Below the pieces are notes generated by a model. It did not search any database. It was not told the DNA's origin and saw only the letters and a list, made by a program, of their open reading frames with translations. DNA of 64,000 bases, taken from the NCBI GenBank assembly GCA_031962025.1, contig JAVRKW010000004.1. One strand, given 5' to 3'. The DNA is from Pseudothermotoga sp. GTDB lineage: Bacteria > Thermotogota > Thermotogae > Thermotogales > DSM-5069. The position numbers and the translations under genes are program-made. Shown here one piece after another: positions 11,097-20,311 of the stretch; position 1 is the stretch's first letter, and the number at the start of each line of letters is the position of its first letter.

Positions 11097-11959
11097 TTGA
11101 TTGGATTGAGAGTACTTTCATTAGTCGGTGCAAGACCGCAGATCATAAAAGAAGCAATAATCCACAGAAGATTGAAAGAAGATAACATAGAAGAAATACT
11201 AGTCCATTCAGGACAGCATTATGATTATAACATGTCAGACGTGTTTTTCGAAGTGCTTGGTATAAGAAAACCAGATTATAACCTCAACGTTGGCTCAGCC
11301 AGCCACTTCTCTTTTGCCCTAGTCAGCTTGCGGTAAAAAATTTACAAAAAGAGGGCATCACAGAAGGTGTTTTCTTTGTCGGTGATGTGATGTACGATCT
11401 ATATCTTCAGATGGAAGAAATTTTCAGATATGATGTATACAAAACTCTCAAACTCAAAGAAGGCGAATATATCCTTGTCACTCTGCACAGGGATTTCAAT
11501 GTTGACATCAAAGAAAAGCTGGAAAAAATCCTTCAACAGCTCAAAAAAATATCTGAACAGATAAAAATAGTGTTTCCAGTACATCCAAGAACGAAAAAAA
11601 GAATAGAAGAATTCAAACTGTGGGAATATTTAGAAAATGCCGTGATAACCGAGCCAGTAGATTATTTGAATTTAATGGGTCTTGTTAAAAATTGCCACAA
11701 GGTCATAACAGACAGCGGCGGACTTCAAAAAGAAGCGTACTTTGCCGGAAAAAGGGCAGTCGTTTTAATGCCGGACACAGGTTGGAGAGAACTCGTTGAA
11801 GCTGGATGGAACAGACTTGCAGATGAAAACAACCTTTACAAAATCGTGATGGAAGAAAGCTCCTTTGAAATACCCTGCGGCGTGTACGGAGACGGAAACG
11901 CCTCCGAAAAGATCGTCGAGGTTATAGAAAAGATACAGAGTAGAAAACCTTCGAGGTAG
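11097..11959 (+). pseudogene. wecB: UDP-N-acetylglucosamine 2-epimerase (non-hydrolysing), internal deletion plus frameshift
   Basis: GARPQIIK...HSGQHYD...LNVGSASH joins directly, in another frame, to LLFCPS...VGDVMYD...TDSGGLQKEA; the central GDT/HVEAG segment is absent; junction near 11305. Confidence 0.85.
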
Positions 11960-12132
11960 AATGATTGATTTGTCGCCATCCCGCCGCGAACCGCACCGAT
12001 CAGCCCGCGACTAATATGTCAGAGGGTCAAATTTGCCTTTTTGACAATATTACTGTAACTTTTGACATGGTGGCAGGTAATTGACTTTTTTGTGGCTGCT
12101 GAAATAGAATGCAGATATCATTTATAGATTTT

Positions 12133-13239
12133 CTACTTTCCAAGAACGAAATTCAGAAAGACATCTTCTTTCTTCCTGTCCCAGACGAAATCTTCTTTGT
12201 ACTTTTCAATATTGTGCCGGTAATATTCGTAGTTCTCAAATGCTTCCAGTATCTTTTTCACAGAGCCATCTACGTCGTCTGGTTCAATCACCACTCCAAT
12301 GCCGTACTTTTGAACTTCTTTCACCATTGAAACAAATGTATTCTTCACTATCACCGGTGTTCCAGCAGCGATCGAATCATAGTATTTATGTGGCAGTGAA
12401 AAAATATCGTTCTTGTATGATTCATCATTCACAGTGCTGAAAGATATCAAGCTGAATGAAGCTTTCGAAAGTTCTTCCATCATCTTTTCATACGGCAGAA
12501 AACTTGTGTATTCATGCGGAATGTCTTTGAACACTTCACAATCCATACCTATTATTCTGAACTTTATTCCATTGTTCGCAAGCTTGCTCAGGATTTCTTT
12601 TTCTTTTGATATACCTCTTACAGTTTTTCCAACAAGTACTATCTCTTTATTTTTCACTCTTGAAGAAACACTTAAACTCGCATAGTTGGGAACAACCAGC
12701 GATGGTCTTGAAATTCCAAGCTTGCTGAAAACATCGTCTTTTGTTTCCTCAGATACAAAAATCACCTTATCTGACAGCTCAATCTGCTTTTTGAAAATCT
12801 TCTACGCAGCGTATTCTTTGAGTTTTTTCAGCGTGCCGGGTAAAAAACTTAGAAAATTCTGAGGATGATACTCATGAACATCGTATATCACAGTTCTTTG
12901 AAGCTTTTTTGCCAACCTGAAAGCCTTCACAGGCATAGTTGGCAAAAAATGATGGAAATACACGACATCGCAATCGACAGACTCAATTAAATGTAATATT
13001 TTTCTGTCAAAATTCACCCTTCTAAGCGCTTCTTTCAAATACTCCCACATGCTCTTTTTTTCGGATATCTTTCCATACTGAACGGGAATGTATGATATAT
13101 TACCATCTTTGTAATTATCTTCCTTTTCGTTTGCCAGATATTGGTAAAGCACATCATGGCATTTTGAAAAAGCCTGAACTGTTCTGAAAACTCTTTTATC
13201 GTGTTTTGAATGCATATATCCAATAACCAGGATCTTCAT
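12133..13239 (-). pseudogene. GT-B (GT4-like) glycosyltransferase interrupted by a single in-frame TAG
   Basis: ORFs 12802..13254 and 12133..12765 share a frame; TAG at 12802-12804 is followed by 12 sense codons (KIFKKQIELSDK); YDVHE and LPHKYYDSIAAGTPVI motifs. Confidence 0.8.
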
Positions 13240-13429
13240 ATCTAACGCTCCCAATTGAATTTTTCACCAGAGCCTTATTTATTATATCTCTGCTATTAGT
13301 GGTATCAAAACCTGTCGATGATGACACCACGATTTTTCCAGTATGCCTTAAGATGTGTATGATACCCTCAAGAGATTGCAAATAGACAAATTTGATAACC
13401 TGGTAACTGTTTTCAAAATGAATCTTTCA

Positions 13430-14830
13430 TCACTTGAAGCTTTTGAGCTGATTTTTCAACAGGGTTATTTCAGATCTATAGAGGAGTAAAACAAGAAAAA
13501 TCCCTGTGGTGCACACAGAAAGAAAGACCGGGATGTTTTTCAAAAAAGTTCCAAAAAAGGCCACTGTGGAAATCACCAAAGTTCCAATGTAGATCTTTTT
13601 CAGATCAAAACCAACCGGATAGAGTTTTTCGGCTATGGATGTTCTTAATGTGAAAAACACAATGTAGGAAAGTCCTGTAGATACAGCGGCACCTTTTGCA
13701 CCAAAGTATGGAACAAGAAGCTGGTTTCCAGCAAAGTTGGCAAATGCAGATATGCCGGTTACAACAATATGCCAGTACGTCTTTTTGGTGAAGTTGATGC
13801 CAAGAACTGTAGTTTCTGATATAACGTACATGACTGGTTGAAGAATTAAGAAAGGTGCTATGAAAGAAGCGTCTCTGTAACTTTTTTCAAAAAGCAGAAA
13901 AATCACATCTTTGAAAGCAAGAACCAAGAAACCAAATACAAAGATAGCAAAACTTACTGCTCGATTGGCTTTTTTGAAGAATTCCTTAGAATTCGTCTGA
14001 GACTCAAATTTTTCGTAAGCGAGTGGTACCCAAAAAGTAGTGAATCCTGTCTGAAAAAGTTGCATCACAGACACTATCTTAAAAGCCGCACTGTAAAGTC
14101 CTATTTCTGTGAAGTTCGAATATTGCCTTAAAGAGATCCTGTCTATTGAAGAAAAAAGCCAGAAAAGTAGAGAAGTTGGAAGAAGAGGAAAACCATATTT
14201 TAGAAGCTCTCCTATGTTTTTGAAATTCACTTTTGAAAGTTTTCGCGATTCTCTGTCTATAATGAAACCTAAACTCAAAGCCAGTATGTTTCCAGTAACC
14301 TGCCCAAAAACGATAGCATAAAAATTCCTTGATACTACCACAGCAAAGACAATGGAACCTCCCACGTTTCCAAGAGAATTTGCAATATCAAGAAGGGAGT
14401 AAAGAAGTCCTCTTTTTTGCATCCTTATAGAGAGCTGATTGAATCGCTGAAGAATACCTGTCATCAAGGAGATGGAAAAAAGAAATCCTATGCCTTGATA
14501 GTTTTTGCCATACAGAACTATATTAAAAGGTGATTCAAAGAAAATAAAGATGAAAGACACAGAAACACCAAGGACAAAAGGTAAAAACATACAACTCCAG
14601 AACAATTCACTTTTTTTCTCTTCCTGGTAATAATACCTCACGTAACTTTGATCGAGTCCCATTAGAGAGACAAGCAGAGCGATGTTATAAAAAAGAGTGA
14701 AAATCGCCGCTCTACCGAATTCTTCTGGAACGATCAAGTAGCTTATTACAGGCGTGGAGAAGAAGCTAACAACCGCACGGATCCATGTACCAGCGGAAAA
14801 TGAGAGAAAACCTTTTATGTATTGTTTCAC
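13430..14830 (-). CDS. wzx: Wzx-type polysaccharide flippase
   Basis: 466 aa multi-TM; PEEFG, IDRISL..IGLYSAA, GAKGAAVST MOP-family motifs. Confidence 0.85.
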   Translation of the reverse strand: MKQYIKGFLSFSAGTWIRAVVSFFSTPVISYLIVPEEFGRAAIFTLFYNIALLVSLMGLDQSYVRYYYQEEKKSELFWSCMFLPFVLGVSVSFIFIFFESPFNIVLYGKNYQGIGFLFSISLMTGILQRFNQLSIRMQKRGLLYSLLDIANSLGNVGGSIVFAVVVSRNFYAIVFGQVTGNILALSLGFIIDRESRKLSKVNFKNIGELLKYGFPLLPTSLLFWLFSSIDRISLRQYSNFTEIGLYSAAFKIVSVMQLFQTGFTTFWVPLAYEKFESQTNSKEFFKKANRAVSFAIFVFGFLVLAFKDVIFLLFEKSYRDASFIAPFLILQPVMYVISETTVLGINFTKKTYWHIVVTGISAFANFAGNQLLVPYFGAKGAAVSTGLSYIVFFTLRTSIAEKLYPVGFDLKKIYIGTLVISTVAFFGTFLKNIPVFLSVCTTGIFLVLLLYRSEITLLKNQLKSFK

Positions 14831-14833
14831 ATT

Positions 14834-16015
14834 TCAACCCACCTGACCGTAAATTTCTATTTCCCTTTTCACAACCTCTTCCCATGTGAAATTCTTTGCT
14901 CTTTCTATCAATCTGTTTCTATCATAGCCATTCTTCAAAACATCGATCACTCTTTTTGCAAACCTTTCTTCAAAGTTTTCCCCTTCTTCCACCACGTACT
15001 CATCAAAACCAATTGCCTCTGGAATTCCACCGTTACTGCTTCCAATCACACACGTACCACAGGCTTGAGCTTCTATTACAACAGCTCCAAATCCTTCTTT
15101 CCTGCTTGGAAGTATCATCACATCCATTGCGTTCATGTACTCAGCCACCTTTTCCTGCGGCACCCTTCCTGTGAATATTATGTCGAGCCCTTTTGTTTCT
15201 TCTTCTATCTTTTTCCTCAAGTGTCCATCTCCTACAACTATGAAGAATGTTTTTGAAAGTTCTGTATGAATAAAGTTGAATATCTCTGAAAGTTTGTCTG
15301 ATCTTTTTATTGGTATCAAGTTTCCAACAAAGCCAACGTATTTGTATCCTTCTTTGTATATTCCAAGTTTTTTTCTTGCTTCTTCCTTATCCATCGGCTT
15401 GAATATGTCTGGGTCGTACCCGTTGGGTATCACAACCGCGTTTTTTCCAGAATATCCAAAAGACTTTGCTTTTTCAAGAAGGGCTTTGCTCACAAAAATG
15501 CATTTTGAAGCTTTTTCAAGAGTCTGGATGTATCTTTTCTTTCTTTTTGGCATAACCACATTCACGTCACTGCCATGCAAAGTTACTACAAAAGGTTTGT
15601 GGTACTTTTCTGCTAAAAGACATGCTATTTCCCCTGCTGGAATATGGTACATACCATGAGCGTGTATCAAATCAAATTGCAAGACATCAATGCTGTTCTC
15701 TATTAAGTGAAGATACTCTTTCGTGTAACCTCTACCATCGAACAGTTTGCCAAAAATCGTTCTCATAAGACCTTGGCGGATCAAAACAAGCTCGAACTGA
15801 ACATTTTGAAATTTTTTCAGCGGTTCTGAAAACTCTCTTTTCAAAAGCCTTTTTATAAATCTCACGGTAAGATTGTCCAAAAATCCCGGTGATAAGGCAA
15901 GGTATTCGACACCAAACTTTTGGTACTGTTCAAGTCTTCTCACCACAAAAACGCCCGACAATGGATTTTTTTTCAACGGAAAAAGGTTTGTGATGATTAA
16001 AACCTTCATTTTCAC
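14834..16015 (-). CDS. GT4 glycosyltransferase (TuaC-like)
   Basis: LIHAH, TLHGSDV, IPNG, EGFGAVVIEAQACG (EX7E). Confidence 0.88.
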   Translation of the reverse strand: MKMKVLIITNLFPLKKNPLSGVFVVRRLEQYQKFGVEYLALSPGFLDNLTVRFIKRLLKREFSEPLKKFQNVQFELVLIRQGLMRTIFGKLFDGRGYTKEYLHLIENSIDVLQFDLIHAHGMYHIPAGEIACLLAEKYHKPFVVTLHGSDVNVVMPKRKKRYIQTLEKASKCIFVSKALLEKAKSFGYSGKNAVVIPNGYDPDIFKPMDKEEARKKLGIYKEGYKYVGFVGNLIPIKRSDKLSEIFNFIHTELSKTFFIVVGDGHLRKKIEEETKGLDIIFTGRVPQEKVAEYMNAMDVMILPSRKEGFGAVVIEAQACGTCVIGSSNGGIPEAIGFDEYVVEEGENFEERFAKRVIDVLKNGYDRNRLIERAKNFTWEEVVKREIEIYGQVG

Positions 16016-16337
16016 CCTCCACAGATCAAATGCAATCTATCACGATTCTATCATGAATGCAAGATAAAACAATCTTTCTGGTGTTGCTTTCAACGACATT
16101 TTATTTTAACTGAACTGGTACAATCACCAGAATAGCGATGGATAAAGAAAAATCATGCCATGGCATCTAATTAGATTCAACTAAGTTCCAAGATCGGCTT
16201 GAATAAAGTGTTTATTTTGAAAAAGTGGTTTTTTCCCTTTGAAGTTCAAAGGTATGGTTTTTCGTGTGATATATACGTTCGTATACTATATATTGGGATC
16301 AACACCCGGGTGTACCCAAAAAATACAAGGAGGTGTT

Positions 16338-16535
16338 ATGGTGAAACAGCTCAGGATTGTTTACAACACAGGTGAACTGTCACAGACAGGTCGTCCTATC
16401 GTGCGAAGAAACAACATCGATGTGGAAGAAACAGTGGATTCTTCAAAGGCATTGCAGATAGCTCAGATCATTGACAGTCTGACAAACTACACAGTTCAGG
16501 AAGTGTATTTGATACTCACCACACAGGTTATGTAA
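16338..16535 (+). CDS. DUF1659-like small protein
   Basis: ATG after AAGGAGGTG; LRIVYNTG...GRPIVR..N.D...ALQIAQIIDSL pattern recalls DUF1659 (recognised by eye). Confidence 0.65.
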   Translation: MVKQLRIVYNTGELSQTGRPIVRRNNIDVEETVDSSKALQIAQIIDSLTNYTVQEVYLILTTQVM

Positions 16536-16548
16536 GGAGGTGTGAAAA

Positions 16549-16758
16549 ATGAAAAGGTTGTTTTTGGATTTTGTAGATCAAGTTGAAGGTAAAAGAAGAA
16601 GGATAACGATTCAATCACCAAAAGAAGATCTCACAAGTCAGCAGGTTTCAGAAGCAATGGATATGTTAATAAGCCTTGGAGCACTGCCAAATACCTATGT
16701 AAAAGACAGAGCTGCAATAGTGGAAACAAATTCCAATGAATTTTTCAATCTACTTTAA
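16549..16758 (+). CDS. DUF2922-like small protein
   Basis: Strong SD; KRLFLDF..EGK...ITI.SPKEDLT..QV.EAMD...A.IVET pattern typical of DUF2922. Confidence 0.75.
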   Translation: MKRLFLDFVDQVEGKRRRITIQSPKEDLTSQQVSEAMDMLISLGALPNTYVKDRAAIVETNSNEFFNLL

Positions 16759-16770
16759 GGAAGTGGTTGA

Positions 16771-17016
16771 ATGAATCTGTTTGAGACTTTTCAGATCATA
16801 GGAAGGATAGTGTCTTTGGGAGTGTTTATTGTAGAAAGGCCAAAAGATGGAGCAAAGAAGAAGGAAGAAGTCAAGAAAATGGTTTTTGATTTTCTGAACG
16901 ATTTCAACATAAGGCTGCCTATACCAGATATCATCCTGAATTATGTACTTGATTTCATGATAGACAACCTGGTGGATTTCTTAAACCAGACTTTATGGAA
17001 AAAGCAGGCAGCTTGA
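16771..17016 (+). CDS. Small hypothetical protein, amphipathic/holin-like
   Basis: 81 aa; hydrophobic N-terminus, VE..KDGAKKKEEV motif, basic C-terminus; operonic spacing. Confidence 0.55.
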   Translation: MNLFETFQIIGRIVSLGVFIVERPKDGAKKKEEVKKMVFDFLNDFNIRLPIPDIILNYVLDFMIDNLVDFLNQTLWKKQAA

Positions 17017-17375
17017 ACAGGAGGGAGGGTCATCCCTCCTGTTTTGAAGAGTATTTTGAAAAATACCAGCCTTTGTTGAAAAAGATCTGCAAAGAGTTCT
17101 GGGAAAAGTACTGTTACAGGATCGATTCGTGGAATGATTTATACCAGACGATACAGTATTTATTCATCTATGCATACGACATCTGGCAGCCTGAAAAAGG
17201 TTCTTTTGAAGCTCATCTACAAAGGGTAATTAGATACAAATTGAAGTCCATGCTCAAAGGAGAGTACGCACCTTTGAGCAAGCAAAGCCCATTCACATTT
17301 TTGAAAGACAGAAAAATTCAGCTCTATCTTTTGGAGGAAGATGAACTGGAACATTATCTATGTGAATATGAATGA
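16995..17375 (+). CDS. Sigma-70 region-2-only protein (RsoA/YvrHa-like); alternative start TTG 17013
   Basis: FEKYQPLL...DLYQ...AYDIWQPEKGSFEAHLQRVIRYKL matches sigma region 2; no region-4 HTH. Confidence 0.65.
   Translation: MEKAGSLNRREGHPSCFEEYFEKYQPLLKKICKEFWEKYCYRIDSWNDLYQTIQYLFIYAYDIWQPEKGSFEAHLQRVIRYKLKSMLKGEYAPLSKQSPFTFLKDRKIQLYLLEEDELEHYLCEYE
17016..17046 (+). terminator. Intrinsic terminator/attenuator hairpin inside the start of the sigma-like ORF
   Basis: AACAGGAGGGA-GGGTCA-TCCCTCCTGTT 11-bp stem ending in a short T run. Confidence 0.55.
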
Positions 17376-17383
17376 ATATGAAT

Positions 17384-17407
17384 AAAGCCCCCTTTTAAGG
17401 GGGCTTT
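17384..17407. terminator. Bidirectional intrinsic terminator
   Basis: AAAGCCCCC-TTTTAA-GGGGGCTTT perfect inverted repeat. Confidence 0.8.
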
Positions 17408-17432
17408 GGTTTTTGGTATCACCATGGCCGAT

Positions 17433-17741
17433 GTGAACTACCATCCACCTAAAAGGTAGAGGCTTTGTGAGAAGTTTGGCAGTAATTTAGCTGCCCTTAT
17501 TCTCACAGGGTGGTTCACACACCCACTACTGGTTATCTGCTTTGCCACAGACTCACCAGCTACCTTTGCAAGTATGTTTATTGCTCCGTTGATATCTGCA
17601 TTCATTACATGCCCATAGTTCTTGCATACATATAGCCCTCTGTGTTTTCTGTTACTTTTATTCACCTTGAAAGTATTGTACCATACTGTTAGCAATTCAT
17701 CTCCATCTTGTAGAAGATGGAGTCTTCTTGCTTTATCCTTG
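17433..17741 (-). mobile_element. Non-autonomous IS200/IS605-family miniature element (internally deleted tnpB; PATE-like)
   Basis: Minus strand: TTTAT flank, left-end hairpin CTCCATCTTCTACAAGATGGAG, TnpB C-terminal remnant (GLYVC..GHVMNADINGAINI), right-end hairpin CCTCTACCTTTTAGGTGGATGG and terminal TTCAC. Confidence 0.8.
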
Positions 17742-17918
17742 ATAAATACTAATTCAGCAAAAATCAGGCAGAACTTTTTTCAAACCTTCTGAAGAAAGTC
17801 AATGGGGGTGAAATAATCCTTGTTGGCAAATGTATAAAAACCAATTACAAAAAACATTATTTTCTCTTTCAGATGAAAGATCCACGTAGAATTCTGTGAT
17901 TTTTAGATTTTTTCTCAT

Positions 17919-19085
17919 TCACGAACTGTTTTCTATCCTTTCTATCAATGGCTTTAGTTTTATCTCCCATGTGAGATATTCTTCTGCATATTTTCTCATC
18001 TTTTGAGGATAATCTGGTTGTTTAGCCACGAGTTTGTTGTACCATTTTAAAACAGCTTCTATATCGACAGGGGATTCATTTTCAGGTATTTTGAACATGT
18101 ATTCGAAGTCTTCTGGAAAGTCCGGATCACGGCTCGAACAAATGAAGGGAATCCCACGTGCACAGTACTCTCTGATTTTCAGTTCAGAAGTCTTGAACAT
18201 TCCCTTCCTATGATTTCCAAGTGAACTAATTCCTATATGGGATTTTTCAAACAATTCGTTAAGTTCTTCTCCATTCTTTGTTCCATGAAATATAACATAA
18301 TCTTCTATTCTTAATCTTTCTGCGAGTTTTTTCAATTTTGGAAGTTCTCGTCCATCTCCTACGACTTGGAAGTAGACCTTTCTTTCGGGTTTTTTCCTGT
18401 AATACTCACCGAGCCCTTTTATTACTCGATCATACCCATGCCAGTAGGCAACGTTGGCAACACTTATTAGATTTAACGTGTTATTTAATGTTCGAGGCTC
18501 TAACATTGGTACTTGCGATAGGTCTATACCGTTACTTATCACTAGGACTTTATTTTCGTACCCTTTCAAAACAGGTGACATTTCACCAATAGAGACTATT
18601 AAATCAGTAAGCTGATAAACTTTTTTGTGGTATAGCTGAAAAAAGAAGAATTTGTACCACCCTTTGGGAAAATCGCTGATGTATTCTTTCAAAAAAGTTG
18701 ATGTAGGTATTTCCAAGATGATTTTAAAATTCTTTTGCTTGAGAATTTGGAGTAACTTAAGAGAATATTTATCGTATAAACCTTGTCTTAGATAGGCAAT
18801 ATTGGCTTTGCTGTCAATTCCAAAGCAAATTTTCGGGAAAATATCAACGAGTTTTTTATAATAGAAAGCTTTTTCAAAGATGTTGTTGAGACTCCAAAGT
18901 GTAGTTGATTTTAAAATATTTCCATCTTTCGTTAAAATTTCACAAACTATTTTCCCATCTTTAGTTGCTATTAGACTCACATTTTCAGAGGTGTAGTGTG
19001 AGAAGCATTTTATTTGTGAATAGATTTTTTTGCAAACACCTATGGATTTACGCAGATCCTCAATTGTGGAGATGTAGATAATCAA
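17919..19085 (-). CDS. GT-B glycosyltransferase
   Basis: ISNGID, WHGYDRVI, VGDG, SELKIREYCARGIPF. Confidence 0.85.
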   Translation of the reverse strand: MIIYISTIEDLRKSIGVCKKIYSQIKCFSHYTSENVSLIATKDGKIVCEILTKDGNILKSTTLWSLNNIFEKAFYYKKLVDIFPKICFGIDSKANIAYLRQGLYDKYSLKLLQILKQKNFKIILEIPTSTFLKEYISDFPKGWYKFFFFQLYHKKVYQLTDLIVSIGEMSPVLKGYENKVLVISNGIDLSQVPMLEPRTLNNTLNLISVANVAYWHGYDRVIKGLGEYYRKKPERKVYFQVVGDGRELPKLKKLAERLRIEDYVIFHGTKNGEELNELFEKSHIGISSLGNHRKGMFKTSELKIREYCARGIPFICSSRDPDFPEDFEYMFKIPENESPVDIEAVLKWYNKLVAKQPDYPQKMRKYAEEYLTWEIKLKPLIERIENSS

Positions 19086-20311
19086 CTTTTATCACCCACT
19101 TTAATCTTATGTATTCTCAAACTACGCCCAAGTGTTAAAAAAACGAAGTAAAGCACAGGTGCCGAGAAAAAATCCCCGCCTGTTACAGACCACATTATGA
19201 TACTCTGTAAAATTAAAAACTCAGCTAAACTTTTCTTGAATTTGTCATGTGAAGAATTTTTAAGTATTAAGATGAGAAACACCATAAAAAAAAGCAGACC
19301 TGTTATTCCAGCAGATCTTAAAATATCCAAATATAGGGATTCAGAAAATCCCATTTTAATTAATCTATATGAAATATTCTCATCAAAACCTACTCCAAAA
19401 AATAGATTCGATGGCTTAATATTTAGGAATAAAGTTTTATAGTTCACCAATCTTCCATAGGAGGATGGATCCAGCGAATTTCCCTCAAAAGTATTCAATA
19501 ATCTATCGAAAACAGTTGCTGGCATTAATATTATGATAAATACAACTATGAGTATTGATATCAAGGATATTTTTATAGAAAATTTGATTCCTTTTTTTTT
19601 GATGAGGAAATCCTTTAAAACATAATACAGTAATGTTATTAAAAACGTTAAAGTGCCTCCCCTCGAAAAAGATGTGATAATATTTATAAGCGAGACCACA
19701 AAAACTCCTAGATAAATTTTACGAAGGTTCTTAATATTAGAATTGAAAGTGAGATTATGAGTGAGTATAAAGACAGCTATACTCCATGAGCACAATAAAT
19801 TTCCACTTCCACCACCAATCGGTTTTAAAAATAAGAAAGAATTCAATGACAGTGCATAACCGCAAATAGGTATATTTCTCAATCCAGTGGAATAACCCCA
19901 CAATATTTCTGATATTGACGGTGGATCTATGATGTACCTAGTGATCATAATGGATAAAGATGCAAAGCTGCCTATGAAAAACGGAGTGAGAAAATAATAT
20001 TTGAAGAAATTGATATCATCTTTGGTGAATCTTTGAGCACATACAATTAATACAAAATAGAGAATAGTTCTCAAATAATATAGCATTGCACTTACAGGAA
20101 AAACGCTTTCAGCTAATCCAGAAACCATAGAACTTATAAGGATATTGTATGTTACGAAAACAAAGAGGATGACAATCTCAGAGGAAATAAAGATGACCTC
20201 ATTTTTTTTAATCAATAGGGTCAATATATATAGAGCCAAAAGAATCTCTCCTATTAGAATTCCTTGATTTCCTGAGATGGGAATTTTCGGAAGTAATAAA
20301 ATAAGATTCAT
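19082..20311 (-). CDS. wzy: Wzy polymerase / O-antigen ligase-like membrane protein
   Basis: 409 aa, about 10 TM, SFSRGG, R...D.SSYGR..., FFGVG; very AT-rich; lies within the glycosyltransferase operon. Confidence 0.7.
   Translation of the reverse strand: MNLILLLPKIPISGNQGILIGEILLALYILTLLIKKNEVIFISSEIVILFVFVTYNILISSMVSGLAESVFPVSAMLYYLRTILYFVLIVCAQRFTKDDINFFKYYFLTPFFIGSFASLSIMITRYIIDPPSISEILWGYSTGLRNIPICGYALSLNSFLFLKPIGGGSGNLLCSWSIAVFILTHNLTFNSNIKNLRKIYLGVFVVSLINIITSFSRGGTLTFLITLLYYVLKDFLIKKKGIKFSIKISLISILIVVFIIILMPATVFDRLLNTFEGNSLDPSSYGRLVNYKTLFLNIKPSNLFFGVGFDENISYRLIKMGFSESLYLDILRSAGITGLLFFMVFLILILKNSSHDKFKKSLAEFLILQSIIMWSVTGGDFFSAPVLYFVFLTLGRSLRIHKIKVGDKS

Noticed and set aside
11960..12130. 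GC-rich stretch and TTGAC/GTCA motifs between wecB and the glycosyltransferase
   Set aside because: No convincing stem, ORF or element end could be assigned
12802..12804. Pyrrolysine or programmed read-through of the TAG
   Set aside because: No pyl genes visible, wrong enzyme class, and the neighbouring wecB is also broken; a nonsense mutation is simpler
17438..17695. 85-aa ORF as a functional TnpB
   Set aside because: Lacks RuvC-I/II and the N-terminal domains; the zinc ribbon is degenerate
19592..19600. A9 tract in wzy as a phase-variation switch
   Set aside because: Expected by chance in such AT-rich DNA; the gene is in frame
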